Below, in pieces: positions 1 through 13,228 of a stretch of DNA of 64,000 bases. The translations under genes and the position numbers were made by a program. Under the pieces are notes generated by a model, which saw only the letters and a program-made list of their open reading frames with translations, was not told where the DNA came from and did no database searches. Within the stretch, counting starts at the first letter, position 1. Each line of letters begins with the position of its first letter. The stretch is taken from NCBI GenBank assembly GCA_951406725.2, contig OX597817.1, positions 17,794,001 to 17,858,000 of the forward strand, given 5' to 3'. The stretch is from Octopus vulgaris. Lineage: Eukaryota.

Positions 1-187
1 CAACATATATCTCACCTGGGATTGATTTTATCCTCTTAACCATTTGCCTGCCTTGCTATCCAGACAGAGAATACAAGTCAATAATTGTTCTCCATCCCAC
101 CAAATAGATTTTGGAAAAACATCCAGATTCATATTATAACATATTGCAATATGTATAGTGATCTAAACATTAACACTATTATTAACA

Positions 188-209
188 TACACACACACAC
201 ACACACATG

Positions 210-266
<57 letters not shown>
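188..266. repeat. (CA)n/(TA)n microsatellite
   Basis: Dinucleotide runs seen directly. Many similar tracts occur through the window. Confidence 0.95.
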
Positions 267-268
<2 letters not shown>

Positions 269-1042
269 GCAAAGTAAACATGGAGCATGAATGAAATGCA
301 TTTGCAATTTTCCATCTCTCTTTTTTTCCCTTTAGTTTTTTGGGGTCTTGATTAATGTGGCATCATGATAGATACCTGAAAGTTAACCCATTCACTTCTA
401 TATATCTAACCAAAATACACCCTTATATGTTTCAAATTCTACAATAATTATGAATTTAGACTGGTTTCATAAAACGAATCTTTTTATTATTTATCAAAAT
501 ATTAATGTGATTTTTGGAACACAATTTAACAAAAGGTTCTTAATCAAATCTGTTTCATAATTATTGTCTCAAAGTGAATCTGATTACAGCTAAATTCAAC
601 AAAATATAAATTTTGTTATCAGCTAATAATTAATGACTAATCAAAATTTTAATTGAGAATTGTGCAAATTACTAGTTTATTTATTAGATTCACATAAGAC
701 AAGAGTATCATAAAGGTAAAACAGAATGGAATACTGGAACCTGTCTTTGAGAAAAACTAGGAAACAAATATATGTCATCAACTAAATGAAATAAACTCAC
801 ACATATACATACATTCACAGAAACACATATAATCACAATTTACAATCCAAATTAATCAAACTTTGTTACACATTTTACAGGTAAATTACAAGTAAATAAA
901 AAAAATAAAAATGAGAAAAAATATTTAAATATCTATAAATCAAATTCTCTTTCTCTCTCTCTCTCACACACACACTATTCCTAAAAGTGCGTGGATTTCT
1001 AACTTTCTTCCAAGTATGTGAGAAACTTTAAAATATCTATCA

Positions 1043-1446
1043 GGTGCAGGAGTGGCTGTGTGGTAAGTAGCTTGTTTACCAACCACATGGTTCCAGGTTC
1101 AGTCCCACTGTGTGGCACCTTGGGCAAGTGTCTTCTACTATAGCCTCGAGCTGACCAAAGCCTTGTGAGTGGATTTGGTAGACGGAAACTGAAAAGAAGC
1201 CCGTCATATATATGTATATATGCATGTGTGTGTTTGTGTGTCAGTGTTTGTCCCCCCTAGCATTGCTTGACAACCGATGCTGGTGTGTTTATGTCCCCGT
1301 TACTTAGCGGTTCGGCAAAAGAGACCGATAGAATAAGTACTGGGCTTACAAAAAGAATAAGTCCCGGGGTCGAGTTGCTCGATTAAAGGCGGTACTCCAG
1401 CATGGCCACAGTCAAATGACTGAAACAAGTAAAAGAGTAAAGAGTA
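1043..1446 (+). mobile_element. tRNA-derived SINE family A (CORE-like body, internal TA/TG microsatellite)
   Basis: A box TGGCTGTGTGG, B box GGTTCAGTCCC, CORE-like ACCTTGGGCAAGTG, tail AAACAAGTAAAAGAG. Near-identical copies at 13229, 21089, 27346 and 59939. Confidence 0.9.
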
Positions 1447-2662
1447 ACTGTTGCCAGAATCGTTTCACTTGTGGAAAAAAGAAATGCCCAATTAATAATC
1501 ACGTGTGGTTTTTATGTTTGTCATATATTTTCTTAGATTTTTTTCGTGTCTTATGAAAATACTTGGATTTCAAATTCACTGCTTCACAACATGAAAATAG
1601 TATCCATTTTCCTTCCTTGGTGAAACATTTCAGAAAATTGAAGTGGAAAAAACAAATCTCCAAAAATTCACAGTGCTCAGATATCATGTACAGTAATTGC
1701 TGAAAAACTCAATCATTTATACAGTGAAACCACGTGTTTTCATGAATCTACTAATGAGATTTGCGCTGAAGTTCTCATTAAAATATGAATAGGTAATTTC
1801 CGCTGGTTTCGGGTGCTTTGGTAATACTAAAAAAAAAAAAAAACATTTCAAGTGGCTACGGCCTTGTTAGAACGAAAGGATTAGTTATTGATAACACAAC
1901 AATTAGCATCAAAGATGTGTAATTAATAATTAACTAACAACATTATAATAGTATCTAATAAACACTTAAATCTTGATAATACTGAAGAGATAAATGCATA
2001 GCTAATAGTTTTTAGCTCAAAACTGCCAAAAGAAGACACTAAATTTGGATTGGCCAAGCCAAAATTCTTTGCATTATGTGCTATTAATGCAATCAAACTG
2101 AAAGATCTATATCCCACAAACAATACAAGATTGTTCACATGGAGATTTTAAAATGTGCTGCTGCAAAAATAACTAAACCTGAATTAAGTATTATCTCAAA
2201 AGGCTAACATTTTTGGATCTAATGCAAAAACAAAGATAACCAGCTTGTAAGTTTTGTTTTCATTTTTCCCCCACAATTCACATTATATATTTTTGGATGT
2301 ACGACAAACACTGAAGAAAGCAAGTGCTTGTATTTGATGGCCTAATTGTTAATAGAGTTACCAAAAAAATTTGTCAAATCTTAAGACATGTACGCTAAAT
2401 TTGGATTCAAAGACATCCTGTCTACTGGAAATCTCCGAAAACTCTGAAGCTACAAAAATATGACCAACTTGATTTATCTTTTGTAGTTACAGTAGTGTTA
2501 TATATATATGTGCATAATTATATATTAATACTATATTAGTATCAGGAATAGTTAAGTTCATGGTAAATAATTATTATAATAGTATATTAGTACTGTATAT
2601 ATAGTATATTTATGTTCAAGGCAAATAGTATTATATAATGGTACATAGTATATTTATGTTAA

Positions 2663-2883
2663 CCCTTTCTTTACCAACCCAGCCAAAACCGGCTCTGGCT
2701 CTGTAGTACAAATGTCTTGTTTTCATAAGTTTTGAATTAAAATCTTCCATCGAACCTTAGTCACAATTTATGTTCCTAACACTAACTGAATGATAACTTA
2801 GTTATTTTACTAAATTCTTTGTTATATTTAAAGTAATTGAAAGAAACACAGAGCATCTCAAAATAAATACAGTAACGAAAGGG
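2663..2883. mobile_element. piggyBac-type MITE family 1
   Basis: TTAA on both sides, termini CCCTTTC.TTAC and GTAACGAAAGGG. Copies at 14110 and 18690. Confidence 0.88.
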
Positions 2884-2924
2884 TTAAGGGAATACTCAAT
2901 TTATTATTGATATGCTAAGCTCAG

Positions 2925-4935
2925 AAATGTTTGAGACACTTGCTCTTGCACTTATGCATCATGATGGTCTCCTGTTGTAGGAACTAGCAGTAGTCACCCA
3001 TCACATGTGGATTGAATCGGCCTTGATACCGTGTTTCCACCTCAGCTATGTCCTGGTGGAACCTCTCAACATGCTCGTCACTAACAGGACAAAAATTTGT
3101 TGGGGAAAAAAACTGAGATGGGAATGCAAGAAGTGCATTTTAAGGGACATTTGGCATCCCATTCTTTCATACACTGTTAGCATGTTGTTTATTAAATCAG
3201 CAGTTTTCAGCTCTATGATTTCCAAGAAAGTTCTGTACAACTAACATGAATGAATCTCATGCCGTCAATTCAACTGGATTCAGTTTACCGCTGAATTTGC
3301 TACCAAACATCGATTCTCTGATCTTGGTTCCAATGAAAATGCCTGCTTTCAGTTTAGCGTCACTTTTCTTTGCACCTAATTTTACTTTTAGGTACTGGAA
3401 TCCACACCCATCGTATGTCATTGTTTTTACAAAGCTTTTCATGAGCCTGAGTTTGATGTGAAGGGGTGAAAGGAAGATCTTTTGCAGGGTCTACCAGTAG
3501 CATATGCTGCACATTGTACCGACCAACTATGTGCCAATCTCTTTTAGGCCAGTCTTTTACAGTTTAGTGATTGCTGTCGTTGCAGCTGTTCCAAACATAC
3601 AAGAAGCACATATTTTTGGTATCTCCCAGCTGCAGTCCTAGGAGGAGGGAAATCACCTTTAAATCACCACAAATATTCCACTTATGAACTGAGTAATTAA
3701 CTCCTTTCAGAATGAGTTCCATCGATTCATAAATTTCTTCCATACCAACAACATGACCCACAGGAATGGAAGATTTTTCATTACCATCATGTAACAACAC
3801 AGATTTGTGGCTAACCTTACTTGGGTCCACAGACAATCTCCATTCGTTAGCCACATGCATGTGTTATAGTTTTTGCATGAGTGCATTAATGTCAGTACAG
3901 AGACAAGCATTATTTTCTTGCTCGAAAAAGACAGATAAAGCCTTCATGGTGAGAACAGAAAATTGAAATTTTCATACCTTGCTGTAGGAGATTCTGTTGT
4001 TGTAATCTGGATCCTAAAACTTGTTTTCTCCTTTGACAATGCTGGGCCTCTTACTAAATCGTTCAAATCTTGATTAAACAAGCGTGGGTTGTTTTTCTTA
4101 GAATCAACTACATACTTTTTGTCAAGAGGAGAATCAGGGGGTTCATTGTGTGACATGTCAAGGTCTTCAAATGAATCATGTGAGAGGGGAACTGGGGTAG
4201 GGTTCTTGAAATCACGTGGGACCAATTTTAGAGCTGACTTACAATCTGCATACACAATTTTTGCTTTGGTAACAATCAGAGACATGATTAGTTGGCTCAC
4301 ACCATACCATTGGCTTAGCAAAAGGCATTCCCTTCTGTTTTCCATTCAGCCACTGTGTAAGCCCTGAGTAATACGGTGCAGCATATATGAGGTGTCCACC
4401 TCTTGTCTTGGTCCCTAATTTTACACCCAAAAAATATTTATAAGCAGTTTTTAATTTGATAGTAATGTTCTTCAGTTGGTCACATGGAGCAAATTTTCCA
4501 CAGACATAATAAAAGTTGTCTGGGTGATTCAACACTATGAACACAGTTGAAACAGTAATCACGCAGAGCAAGTGATACACATACCACACATGACTGCAGT
4601 GCAAACAACACTGAGAATTACCAAGAACTGATGTATTTAGCGCTTGCACATAAATACATTAGCACCATCTATTGCTAAACTAAATAATGAACTTTCTCAT
4701 CGTTTGTTTTATTGCTGTTAATTCTTTAATTTTGAATTAAGACTGCTTTCATTTTAGCAAATTTTATAACACGGCCTATATCTAGCCAAAAGTATAGTTA
4801 TAATCTTGCGCATGCACACAACTCAAAATCCTGATGTGCTAGAACAATTCTGAGTGTGGATTCAGAGTCAGCATCCCCATTAATCTAAAACACATACTTT
4901 TTTTACTCCAGTAGCAAAATCTTTGTTGTCCAGTG
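2925..4935 (-). mobile_element. Decayed Chapaev3-like (CMC superfamily) DNA transposon with frameshifted transposase
   Basis: Collinear minus-strand fragments: HPDNFYYVCG, PMVWCEPTNHVSDCY, EWRLSVDPSK..LLHDGN, WNICGDLKVISLLLG, KLKAGIFIG, GCQMSLKMHFLHSHL. One terminus TTTGTTGTCCAGTG ends at 4935; the other was not found. Confidence 0.78.
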
Positions 4936-5362
4936 TAATAAATGTAAACCACGAGTACTTCCTTTATAAATCTTCATAGCTGTAATTGCAGCAAGAAAAC
5001 AGCTCGAGCCCAACATATCTTGGATTCTATTAAAGCCACTTGTCTGGACAACAGTAATATGGAAACTTTATAGTGTTTTTGTTTGATATATAAATTTTGA
5101 GACACTGATATGGGAATTTTTTATTTTTTTTTTGCTTTTTTAGACAAAGTAACAAACTTGTTTTCCCCACTCATATTAATTTTTATTTCCACCACTAATT
5201 AGAGCAAAATAAAATGATGCAATAACACTAAATAACAAACAGAGAAATATGGGTAAAATATTTTGAAAACTACTCACTATATCATAAAACACACACATGC
5301 GCACAAAAAATAATGGTCTTATACTTAGAGAAATGACAGAACTTTATTTAGCATTGAATATC

Positions 5363-5585
5363 TGTTTCTTTACTACCCACAAGGAGCATAACACAGAGGG
5401 GACAAACAAGGACAGACAAACGGATTAAGTCGATTACATCGACCCCAGTGCGTAACTAGTACTTAATTTATCAACCCCGAAAGGGGTTGTCGACCTCGGC
5501 AGAATTTGAACTCAGAACATACCAGCAGCCGAAATACTGCTAGGCATTCTGGCCGGCGTGCTAACGATTCTGCCAGCTCGCCGCC
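5363..5585 (-). mobile_element. tRNA-derived SINE family B (Meta-domain-like body), internally deleted
   Basis: Reverse complement of the GGCGGCGAGCTGGCAGAATCG...GAGTTCAAATT head. Perfect 16-bp TSD TTTAGCATTGAATATC at 5347-5362 and 5586-5601. Confidence 0.88.
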
Positions 5586-5836
5586 TTTAGCATTGAATAT
5601 CGTGTAAACTAGCAACTATTAATGCAGGCATTGAGTTATGCTCATGACCATGGTTCTAAACTTAAATTATGTAAGACTTTGTTCTTTCTTTGCATTTAAT
5701 TTTCAATTTTCTGGTAGTTTATGATCTAGAACAGTGGTTCTAAACCACAGTCCACATGACCCCTGAGGGTCCATATAAGATTTATGGGGGTCCACGCAAC
5801 AAGATAGTAAATTGGGGATCTACAATATTATTTTAA

Positions 5837-6055
5837 CCCTTTAGTATTTAAACCGGCCATATCCGGCCAAAATATTTAATCTGTTTTATGTTCAAACAGA
5901 CCAGATCCAGGCTCTCACACCTACCCTACAATGTTATTCTACATTAAGTAATTACACCATCAAGATCTTGAAGATATGAGATAATGCATGATTAATTCAA
6001 ATCAATGTGAAACAATTAGCATTATGTTTGATAGAATAATCAGAACACTAAAGAG
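5837..6055. mobile_element. piggyBac-type MITE family 2 (nested)
   Basis: TTAA|CCCTTTAG...CTAAAGAG|TTAA. Homologous copies at 32293, 44782 and 58735. Confidence 0.85.
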
Positions 6056-6191
6056 TTAAGGGTCCCTGAAAAAATTTCATTTTAAATGTATTGGTATGTA
6101 TTGCAAGAAACAGCTCGGTTTCTTTCGCTAACATTTTACATAGTTGAAGCTACACAAGTTAATAGGAATTTTAAAAGAAGTTTATATAAAA

Positions 6192-6587
6192 CTAGCAGTA
6201 TCGCCCAGCGTTGCTCGGGTTTGTAAGGGAAATAACTATATAAGCATTTTTAGAGATGTAAAGTATAATAGCCATCTCAATATGGCTAACCACAAAGGGG
6301 GGGAGGTGTTACTGTAGCTTTTTACGTTCTGAGATTTAATAGATTTTTAGAGAGTTACTTCCCTTATATATGCCAAAAATGCATTAAAAATGGGAAAAAT
6401 TGATGGTAAATTTTTTTTTAAATCGTAGACTCATCGTAGACACGCGTTAATACCCAGAAGGGCCTGATATGAATCACGACTATAAGATACCCAGTTTTGG
6501 TTAAACTGCACTGCAAAATGTAGGAGTAGTTAGGAATCTAAATCGTAGGAGACAGACAGCACACAACCTCGCTTTTATATATAAAGA
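6192..6587 (-). mobile_element. Non-autonomous Helitron (nested)
   Basis: Minus strand reads A|TCTTTATATATAAAAG...CCCGAGCAACGCTGGG...CTAG|T: 5' TC, subterminal hairpin, 3' CTAG, AT target and no TSD. Confidence 0.8.
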
Positions 6588-7170
6588 TGAGTTTTAAATA
6601 TTGATTGAATGGCTATGGGGGACCACCAGAATAAAATAGCAATCAAAGGAGTCCGTAGATAAAAAAAAATAGATGAGAACCCCTGGTCTAGAATGTGACT
6701 AAGAACCAACTTCCTCAATAACCTAAATGCCAATTGAGGGCATGTTTTTACAGATTCAATTGTTGATGAAATTGCATAAATGTTAGTGTGTGACACACCA
6801 AATCTTGGCGAAATATCTAACAAGTAAATGTAATCATGAAATAAGACCTGAGAAATTACAACTTGGCAACATTTTTTTGGTGCGTAAAAATACGGTTCTG
6901 AGTTTATTTTAGTAGTAAGAGGCAATGATTGGGCAAGGCCAATGTTTCTGGTACAAAAAAAAAAAAAAATGAAGTAATTATTGTTAATATATAATGTAAT
7001 GATACCAATTTTATTTCTGTCAATGAAAGACAAAGTTGAACCACAATGAACTCAAAATACTGTAATGACACTTTGGATACAACAGAGCATCTAGTATAAC
7101 TGAATAAATTACTGATAAATAATAATGATTTTATATATTGGCACAAGGCCACCCATCAAGGAAAGGGTAA

Positions 7171-7396
7171 GCGGCGAGCTGGCAGAATCGTTAGCGCGCC
7201 GGGCTAAATGCTTAGTGGTATTTCATCTGCCGCTACATTCTGAGTTCAAATTCCGCCGAGGTCAACTTTGCCTTTCATCCTTTCGGGGTCGATTAAATAA
7301 GTACCCTGGGGTCGATATAATCGACTTAAACCGTTTGTCTGTCCTTGTTTGTCCTCTCTGTGTTTAGCCCCTTGTGGGTAGTAAAGAAATAGGTAT
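7171..7396 (+). mobile_element. SINE family B copy
   Basis: Head GCGGCGAGCTGGCAGAATCG, B box GAGTTCAAATTCC, body GCCTTTCATCCTTTCGGGGTCG, tail AAAGAAATAGGTAT. Confidence 0.88.
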
Positions 7397-8229
7397 TGAA
7401 TCAACTTAGTATATAGAATGATATTTAATTAGTTAACTATTATGAGAAAAAAATTCAACATCAACATACAAAATCTCTAAGTTAACATGCTGACTGCAGG
7501 TAAATTGAAGAGGACTCATCTAGACAGGTATGGCTTTTTAACTCTTTCATGACAATATTTCCAATAAAAATATACTGTCAACAGTCACGAATTTGGATAG
7601 GTTTAGTCAAACAATCAACCTTTTCTTTTATATATTTGACTGTTATTAAGAATACAACATAATAAAATATTCTTGCTTGAATCTAATTTGAAACTTATCT
7701 ATAGAGATCTGCTGATATCAATCACGTAATTATGGGATTTTAACTTAGGTACATACACTTTGATTTAGCTCATTTTTTAATCAGTTGGTATTGAAAAAGT
7801 TAATTTCTGTGAAAATCAGAAAAAAATGTTTCGCCACTCATTTAATTTTGTTTATTAATCACCACTAATTAGGAAGTCATTATATCAATCATTCTGTACT
7901 GGTATATAAGATAAACAGGTTACTGCAGTTATGTTTCCCTCTTGTGTAAAATCAACAATATCTTCTCTTACTTCAAATTTGTTTTCCTGTCTGCCTACAT
8001 CTCATCCCTTTCCGAGTCAATAAAATAAGTACTAGATTATACTAAAATCAAATAGATAGATTCTGTTGCTTACAACCATGTGCCCAGGAAAACGCAATCA
8101 ATATTTGCTTTCTCTGTCTTTTGTCAATAATATATAAGACATGTAAAGTCGATGATCTATAACTTTCATTTTTACTGAATCTAAATATATATAATTATTT
8201 TATTGGTGACTAATGATTGCAACATGGGA

Positions 8230-9860
8230 ATAAAAGATTCAGCCCAGATGTTATCACTTTGGAACAATAATGGCACACTTACTCTTACTGACACCAAAAA
8301 GGAAAGAGGTATGGAAGTGCTTCTATAAGAGGCTCTTAAGAATGGATGAAGCATGGGAAAGAAAAACTCTACTCAGACCCAACAAAGGGGCCTAACATTC
8401 AAGTTTACAATAGTAGAGAAGACAGAGAAATGAAGGACATAAAGGTGGAAAATAACCCTGGTCCATTAGGGATAGATGCTACAATGATTAAAATATCTGG
8501 CAGAGTAGGGTGTGGGTTGGTCACTTGCATAATCAAGCAGAAAGGTATCATATTCATATCAATTGTAAGGCGGCGAGTTGGCAGAAACGTTAGCACGCCA
8601 GGTGAAATGCTTAGCGGTATTTCATCTGCCGCTACGTTCCGAGTTCAAATTCCGCCGAGGTCGACTTTGCCTTTCATCCTTTCGGGGTCGATAAATTAAG
8701 TACCAGTTACGCACTAGGGTCGATATAATCGACTTAATCCCTTTGTCTGTCCTTGTTTGTCCCCTCTGTGTTTAGCCCCTTGTGGGTAGTAAAGAAATAT
8801 GTATCATATTCAATGACTGGTGTGGCAGTGTCATCATTAACTGCTGCAAGGGCAACAACAATGCACAAGAGACAGGAACTTAGAGGCATTAAATAACAAA
8901 TGTTGGAACAGAGAAAGAGTTACAGCCCAACTGGTTAGGAAAAAAGTAACCTAGAAGATATGCAGTAGAGGTTTGTGCCAGAAAGAAGAACTACTGGGGC
9001 CATCTTTCTAGAGAGACAACTGCAAAACTACTGAGCTCAGAGTAAGCTGCTGCATCTAACATTCATAAACCTAGAGAAAATTTTGACAGGTTCCTTGATT
9101 TGGCAGTCACTATGGAAACTAGTGATCAACAAATGGCTTACAAGGGCCATGCAAACCACATACTGGGATGCTGCCCTCAATATGGGAGCCAGCAATGAGT
9201 AAAGCAAAGAAATTAAGTTGCATGTAGGGTTCCACCAGGGATCAGCTCCCAATCCACTTCTATTTATCATAGTCCTCCATGCAATAACAAAGAAGTTGAA
9301 AACTAGTTGTCTATAAGTGTTTTTGTATGCTGATGACCTAGTTTTCATAGCTGAATTAAATACAATTTAATTTAAACCAGGAAACAAAATCAAGAAGCTC
9401 AAAGTAAACTTAATGAAGACTTAAGCATTAGTATAAAGGAAAGACAGGACCCTACTAACATCAAAAAAAAAAAAGGCCTGGCTCAATATGCAGTAAAGGA
9501 GCAGGTAGGAATTCCATACTGTGTACCCAGTATGCATGTATAATGTTAGTGTGCATGAACAACAGAGTACAAATAAACTCAGAGAATAACTAGATAAAAG
9601 AGAATCAGACGTAGTCTACAAAAGAGAAGACTGCTGGTTTGAGCATGTGATTTGTATGAAAGATCAAAATTGTACAATGAAGTGCTGGGCACTGAAGTTG
9701 AGAGAGACCAAGGAAGATATGGACTGAAAGGCTGAGGAATGATCTCAAGATCCTGTGCCCCACAAAGGAGATAATAAAGATATGATTGGTGACAGTATTT
9801 GAGAAAACCTACCCACATTGCAGGCATGGTGAAACGAACATTAAAAGTATTAAAAATGAG
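8230..9860 (+). mobile_element. Decayed RTE-clade LINE (reverse transcriptase relic)
   Basis: Fragments PGPLGIDATMIK, GFVPERRTT, VGFHQGSAPNPLLFIIVL and YADD (9326-9337). Homologous to the minus-strand copy at 34470-36325. Confidence 0.85.
8568..8800 (+). mobile_element. SINE family B inserted in the RTE relic
   Basis: Full head, body and tail. GTATCATATTCA duplicated at 8545-8556 and 8801-8812. Confidence 0.9.
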
Positions 9861-9952
9861 CAGTAATGGTGGAAGCTTAGAGGCATCTATATTTGTTTCC
9901 CTAGTCCAATAGTCCCAGCTAAATCTATATCTACTGTCTTATCTCTCTAGAT

Positions 9953-10145
9953 CAGTGCTTTTCAAACTTTTTGCTGGAGCGGAACCCCAAGGAAACATTC
10001 CACTGGCTCGAGGAACCCCTGTGCAATAATTTAATAAGTCTTATGCACACATATCTGCACAGGAAAATTAAAAATTACTGCCGGAACCCCTGGACTGTAC
10101 TGGCAGAACCCTAAGGTTCCGTGGAACCGTGGTTGAAAACCACTG
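9953..10145. mobile_element. hAT (Charlie-like) MITE
   Basis: TIRs CAGTGCTTTTCAAAC and GGTTGAAAACCACTG. Perfect 8-bp TSD CTCTAGAT at 9945-9952 and 10146-10153. Confidence 0.9.
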
Positions 10146-11929
10146 CTCTAGATACATTCTCGTCTCCCTATCACACAGCTCTCTTTCTCTCTCTCACTAT
10201 TTACTATGCTGTAGCCCAGAAAAGCTGATCTCTCCTATTCACTGTATCATACTGCCTGTGTGATTAGGAATGGCTTTGGTTCTGTCAAACCAATCCATCC
10301 TTCTGACACTCACCCTCTCTCTCCTATTTTCTCAATAGGTATTGGACCTATCTATATCCAGTAACCCTTACTACCACTAATCTTATCAAAAGGCCTATGT
10401 GTAAGGAATTGCATTGGGTCTGTTTGTAATCAATACACTCTCCCATCACTCAATCTTATCACTGTCCACCACCATCACTATACATCATTTGCCCTTGCTC
10501 TCTATCACCTACTCACCTGAATCCACCCTGTTTCTACCATTACATACTCATTCCCTCTAACCTGGCTCTTCTGTCATCAGTTTCTCTGTTCACCATTCTG
10601 GTTTATACTTTGGGTGAATGAACACGTCCTAGATTAGAGAGGGCTCGTTAGTGTTACTGGGTATAAAGTAATCTCATTGGTGCTGGAGTCATAATAATAT
10701 ACACTCAGTACTCTACAAAGTGGTCAATGACAGGTAGCATCAAGACATAGAAACCGTGCCAAAAATAAAACAAAAGTAATATGTGATCCTCCGTGTAATC
10801 TTGGGGGTAACCCTGATAAAGAACTGTCTTGGATTGTGGCATCCCATCTGACCCATACCAGCACGGAAAGCAGACAAAATGATAATGATGAGATGTAGAA
10901 ATCTAAAAATATTGAAATCATATTTTAAACTGAAAATACATCAATATTGCCGATAGCATTATTACTTTGTTCATTTGAGGATTTCAAAATAAGATGCAAG
11001 TAAAAAAATTTTTTAACATAAAGTTAATTAAAAATTTCTACTCTCTACCATCTTTAAGAACTTTGACATTTCTTCTCTCAAGTGTATCTTTACATTTACA
11101 GCAGTTCATATTGGCAGTAACATACCAATCAGTATTGATAATAAATTTAGTGTGAATTTATTAACTAAGCGACTAACTAATGGAACATTAACCCTGAAGG
11201 AGCTTCTGCTTTCCATATTCTTAATTGTTTTATTCACTATCTTCAGATACATCTCTCCAACATCCCACCTGCCTCTAGTGTTTCCACCAAATATTTTATA
11301 TAAATAAATATATATATGTATATGCGTGTATATATATATATATATAAGCCTCTGTGATACTTCCTTGTCTCATTGCTTTCTTTATCCCTGATAACAATTG
11401 AATGATATATTCATATAATTTAGGGTGCACTTGTAATGGTATCCATTTATTCTGAAATTTTTTTTTTTGTCTAACACTTTACAATTATAATTGAATATTG
11501 CTGTTCTTGTGACCTATCCAACTCGTAAATTGTCTATTTCATTGGGTCTTACTACTACTACTACTACTACTACCTATAATACTTTATTTCCATCCAAGAA
11601 ATTATTATAGCCATGTTGCTTTTACAAAGGCAGCTTTCAAAATCTCTCATTTCTTATCTTTATTACTTTAATTATGAATTTAATAAACCATAGTCCATTG
11701 TGAGTTAATATTAACTAGTAACAGACTTCTTGTTCTTTAATCTTTTTTTTTTTTTTTTTTTTTTTTTTTAGTCTTGAATATAAAACAATTCACCTCTGCT
11801 CACTTAGCTCTGCTTGATATTAAGGTGGATCAGTTCGTGAGTTGCTTCACAAAATGTTTTGCATGCAGTGAATTTTCATTTCCTTTAATTGAATCTAGAG
11901 TTCATGCATACTTGTGCATCATTTATCAT

Positions 11930-12390
11930 CATTTCATTTTCATTTAGCATCCGTTTTCCATGCTAGCATGGGTTGGACGGTTCAACTGGGGTCTGTGAAG
12001 CCAGAAGGCTGCATCAGGCCCAGTCTGATCTGGCAGTGTTTCTACGGCTGGATGCCCTTCCTAACGCCAACCACTCCGCGAGTGTAGTGGGCGCTTTTTA
12101 CGTGCCACCCGCACAGGTGCCAGACGGAGCTGGCAAACAGCCACGAACGGATGGTGCTTTTACGTGTCACCGGCACGAGGGCCAGGCGAGGCTGGCAACG
12201 GACACAAAACGGATGGTGCTTTTACGTGCCACCGGCACAGAGGCCAGTCGGGGCGGCGCTGGCAACAGCCACAATCGGATGGTTTGCTTAAACCACAGCT
12301 GCAATTTCCATTGATGTTGGTCGAATTCGATTTTGGTTCTGCTTTCTGATATCTGATTTGATTTGGTTTGATTTTGATTTTGGGTATTTT
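11930..12390 (-). mobile_element. RTE-tailed non-autonomous retroelement family C with about 3-4 5' monomers
   Basis: Reverse complement of the body GGCGTTAGGAAGGGCATCCAG...ACCCATGCTAGCATGGAAA plus repeated GGCACGTAAAAGCACCATCCG units. Confidence 0.85.
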
Positions 12391-13228
12391 TTGACATGGT
12401 CATAAAAACAACACTACAAGAATTTTTGAATGTATAGAGCGATGGCCCTCAAACTGTGTGCTGCAAGGAGTATCTTAGTGTGGAGCAGGTTTCTCAAAAA
12501 AATGCAAACATGTAGTTTTAGGTTCAGTTTCATTGCGTGACACCTTGAGCAAATGTGTTCCACTATAGTTCCAAGCCAACCAGAGTTCTGAGAGTGGCTT
12601 TGGATGATGAAAACTGAAAGAAGCCCATTATGTACATGCAAGATATGTATGCATGTATATATGAGAGCACATGTGTGTGTGTGTATGCGCATGCATGTAT
12701 ATATAAGTGTCCTTGTTTTGACATTGCACACTTGTTGAAAAAAAATGTCACTGTCATGTATTAGTTTGCAATCTTCCATGAAACCATGTCCAGCTGTTGT
12801 GCTGTTCATGCTGGAAACAGCTAGAGGTTGACCACAAGAAGAGTGCATCTGGCCAGAGGAGATCTGCTCCAATAAATTTCATCTGATTCAAGTGAGCATG
12901 GAAAAGTGGACATAAAAAATTTATATATTCATACACATTGATATCATTAGGCCTGGGAACAGGGGGTGGCACTTGCACTCCCTAAAATTTTGTTGGGGGT
13001 GCAAAATTCACTATTGCCTCTCTCATGCTTAGAAAATAGTGTTTAAAAATTGATCGATAAAAAGTTGCTTGAAGTTAGGTTTCTTCACAAAATAAGAATA
13101 AAGAACAAAACTAAATAAAAATAAACCCCCCTCCCCCACCACAAATTGCTAGAAAGATATATTACTGAACTAAAGCTTCCTCAACATTAAAATTATACAC
13201 ATATATGTGTGTGTATATATATCTATAT

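Larger units (their letters stand above)
5732..6685. mobile_element. hAT (Charlie-like) MITE carrying two nested insertions
   Basis: Termini CAGTGGTTCT and GAGAACCCCTG. 8-bp TSD ATCTAGAA (5724-5731) and GTCTAGAA (6686-6693). Confidence 0.8.

Noticed and set aside
1043-1115. tRNA-like A/B boxes here and in other SINE heads
   Set aside because: They continue into SINE bodies, and no complete cloverleaf or terminator is evident, so they are not tRNA genes.
1450-2480. Non-repetitive stretch that looked like decayed coding sequence
   Set aside because: No recognisable motif or consistent frame could be found by eye. BLASTx would be needed.
9326-9337. CTGATGA here and at 17064 and 53767 as hammerhead cores
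   Set aside because: These are the Y/F-A/T-D-D codons of reverse transcriptase relics, with no stem II/GAAA arrangement.
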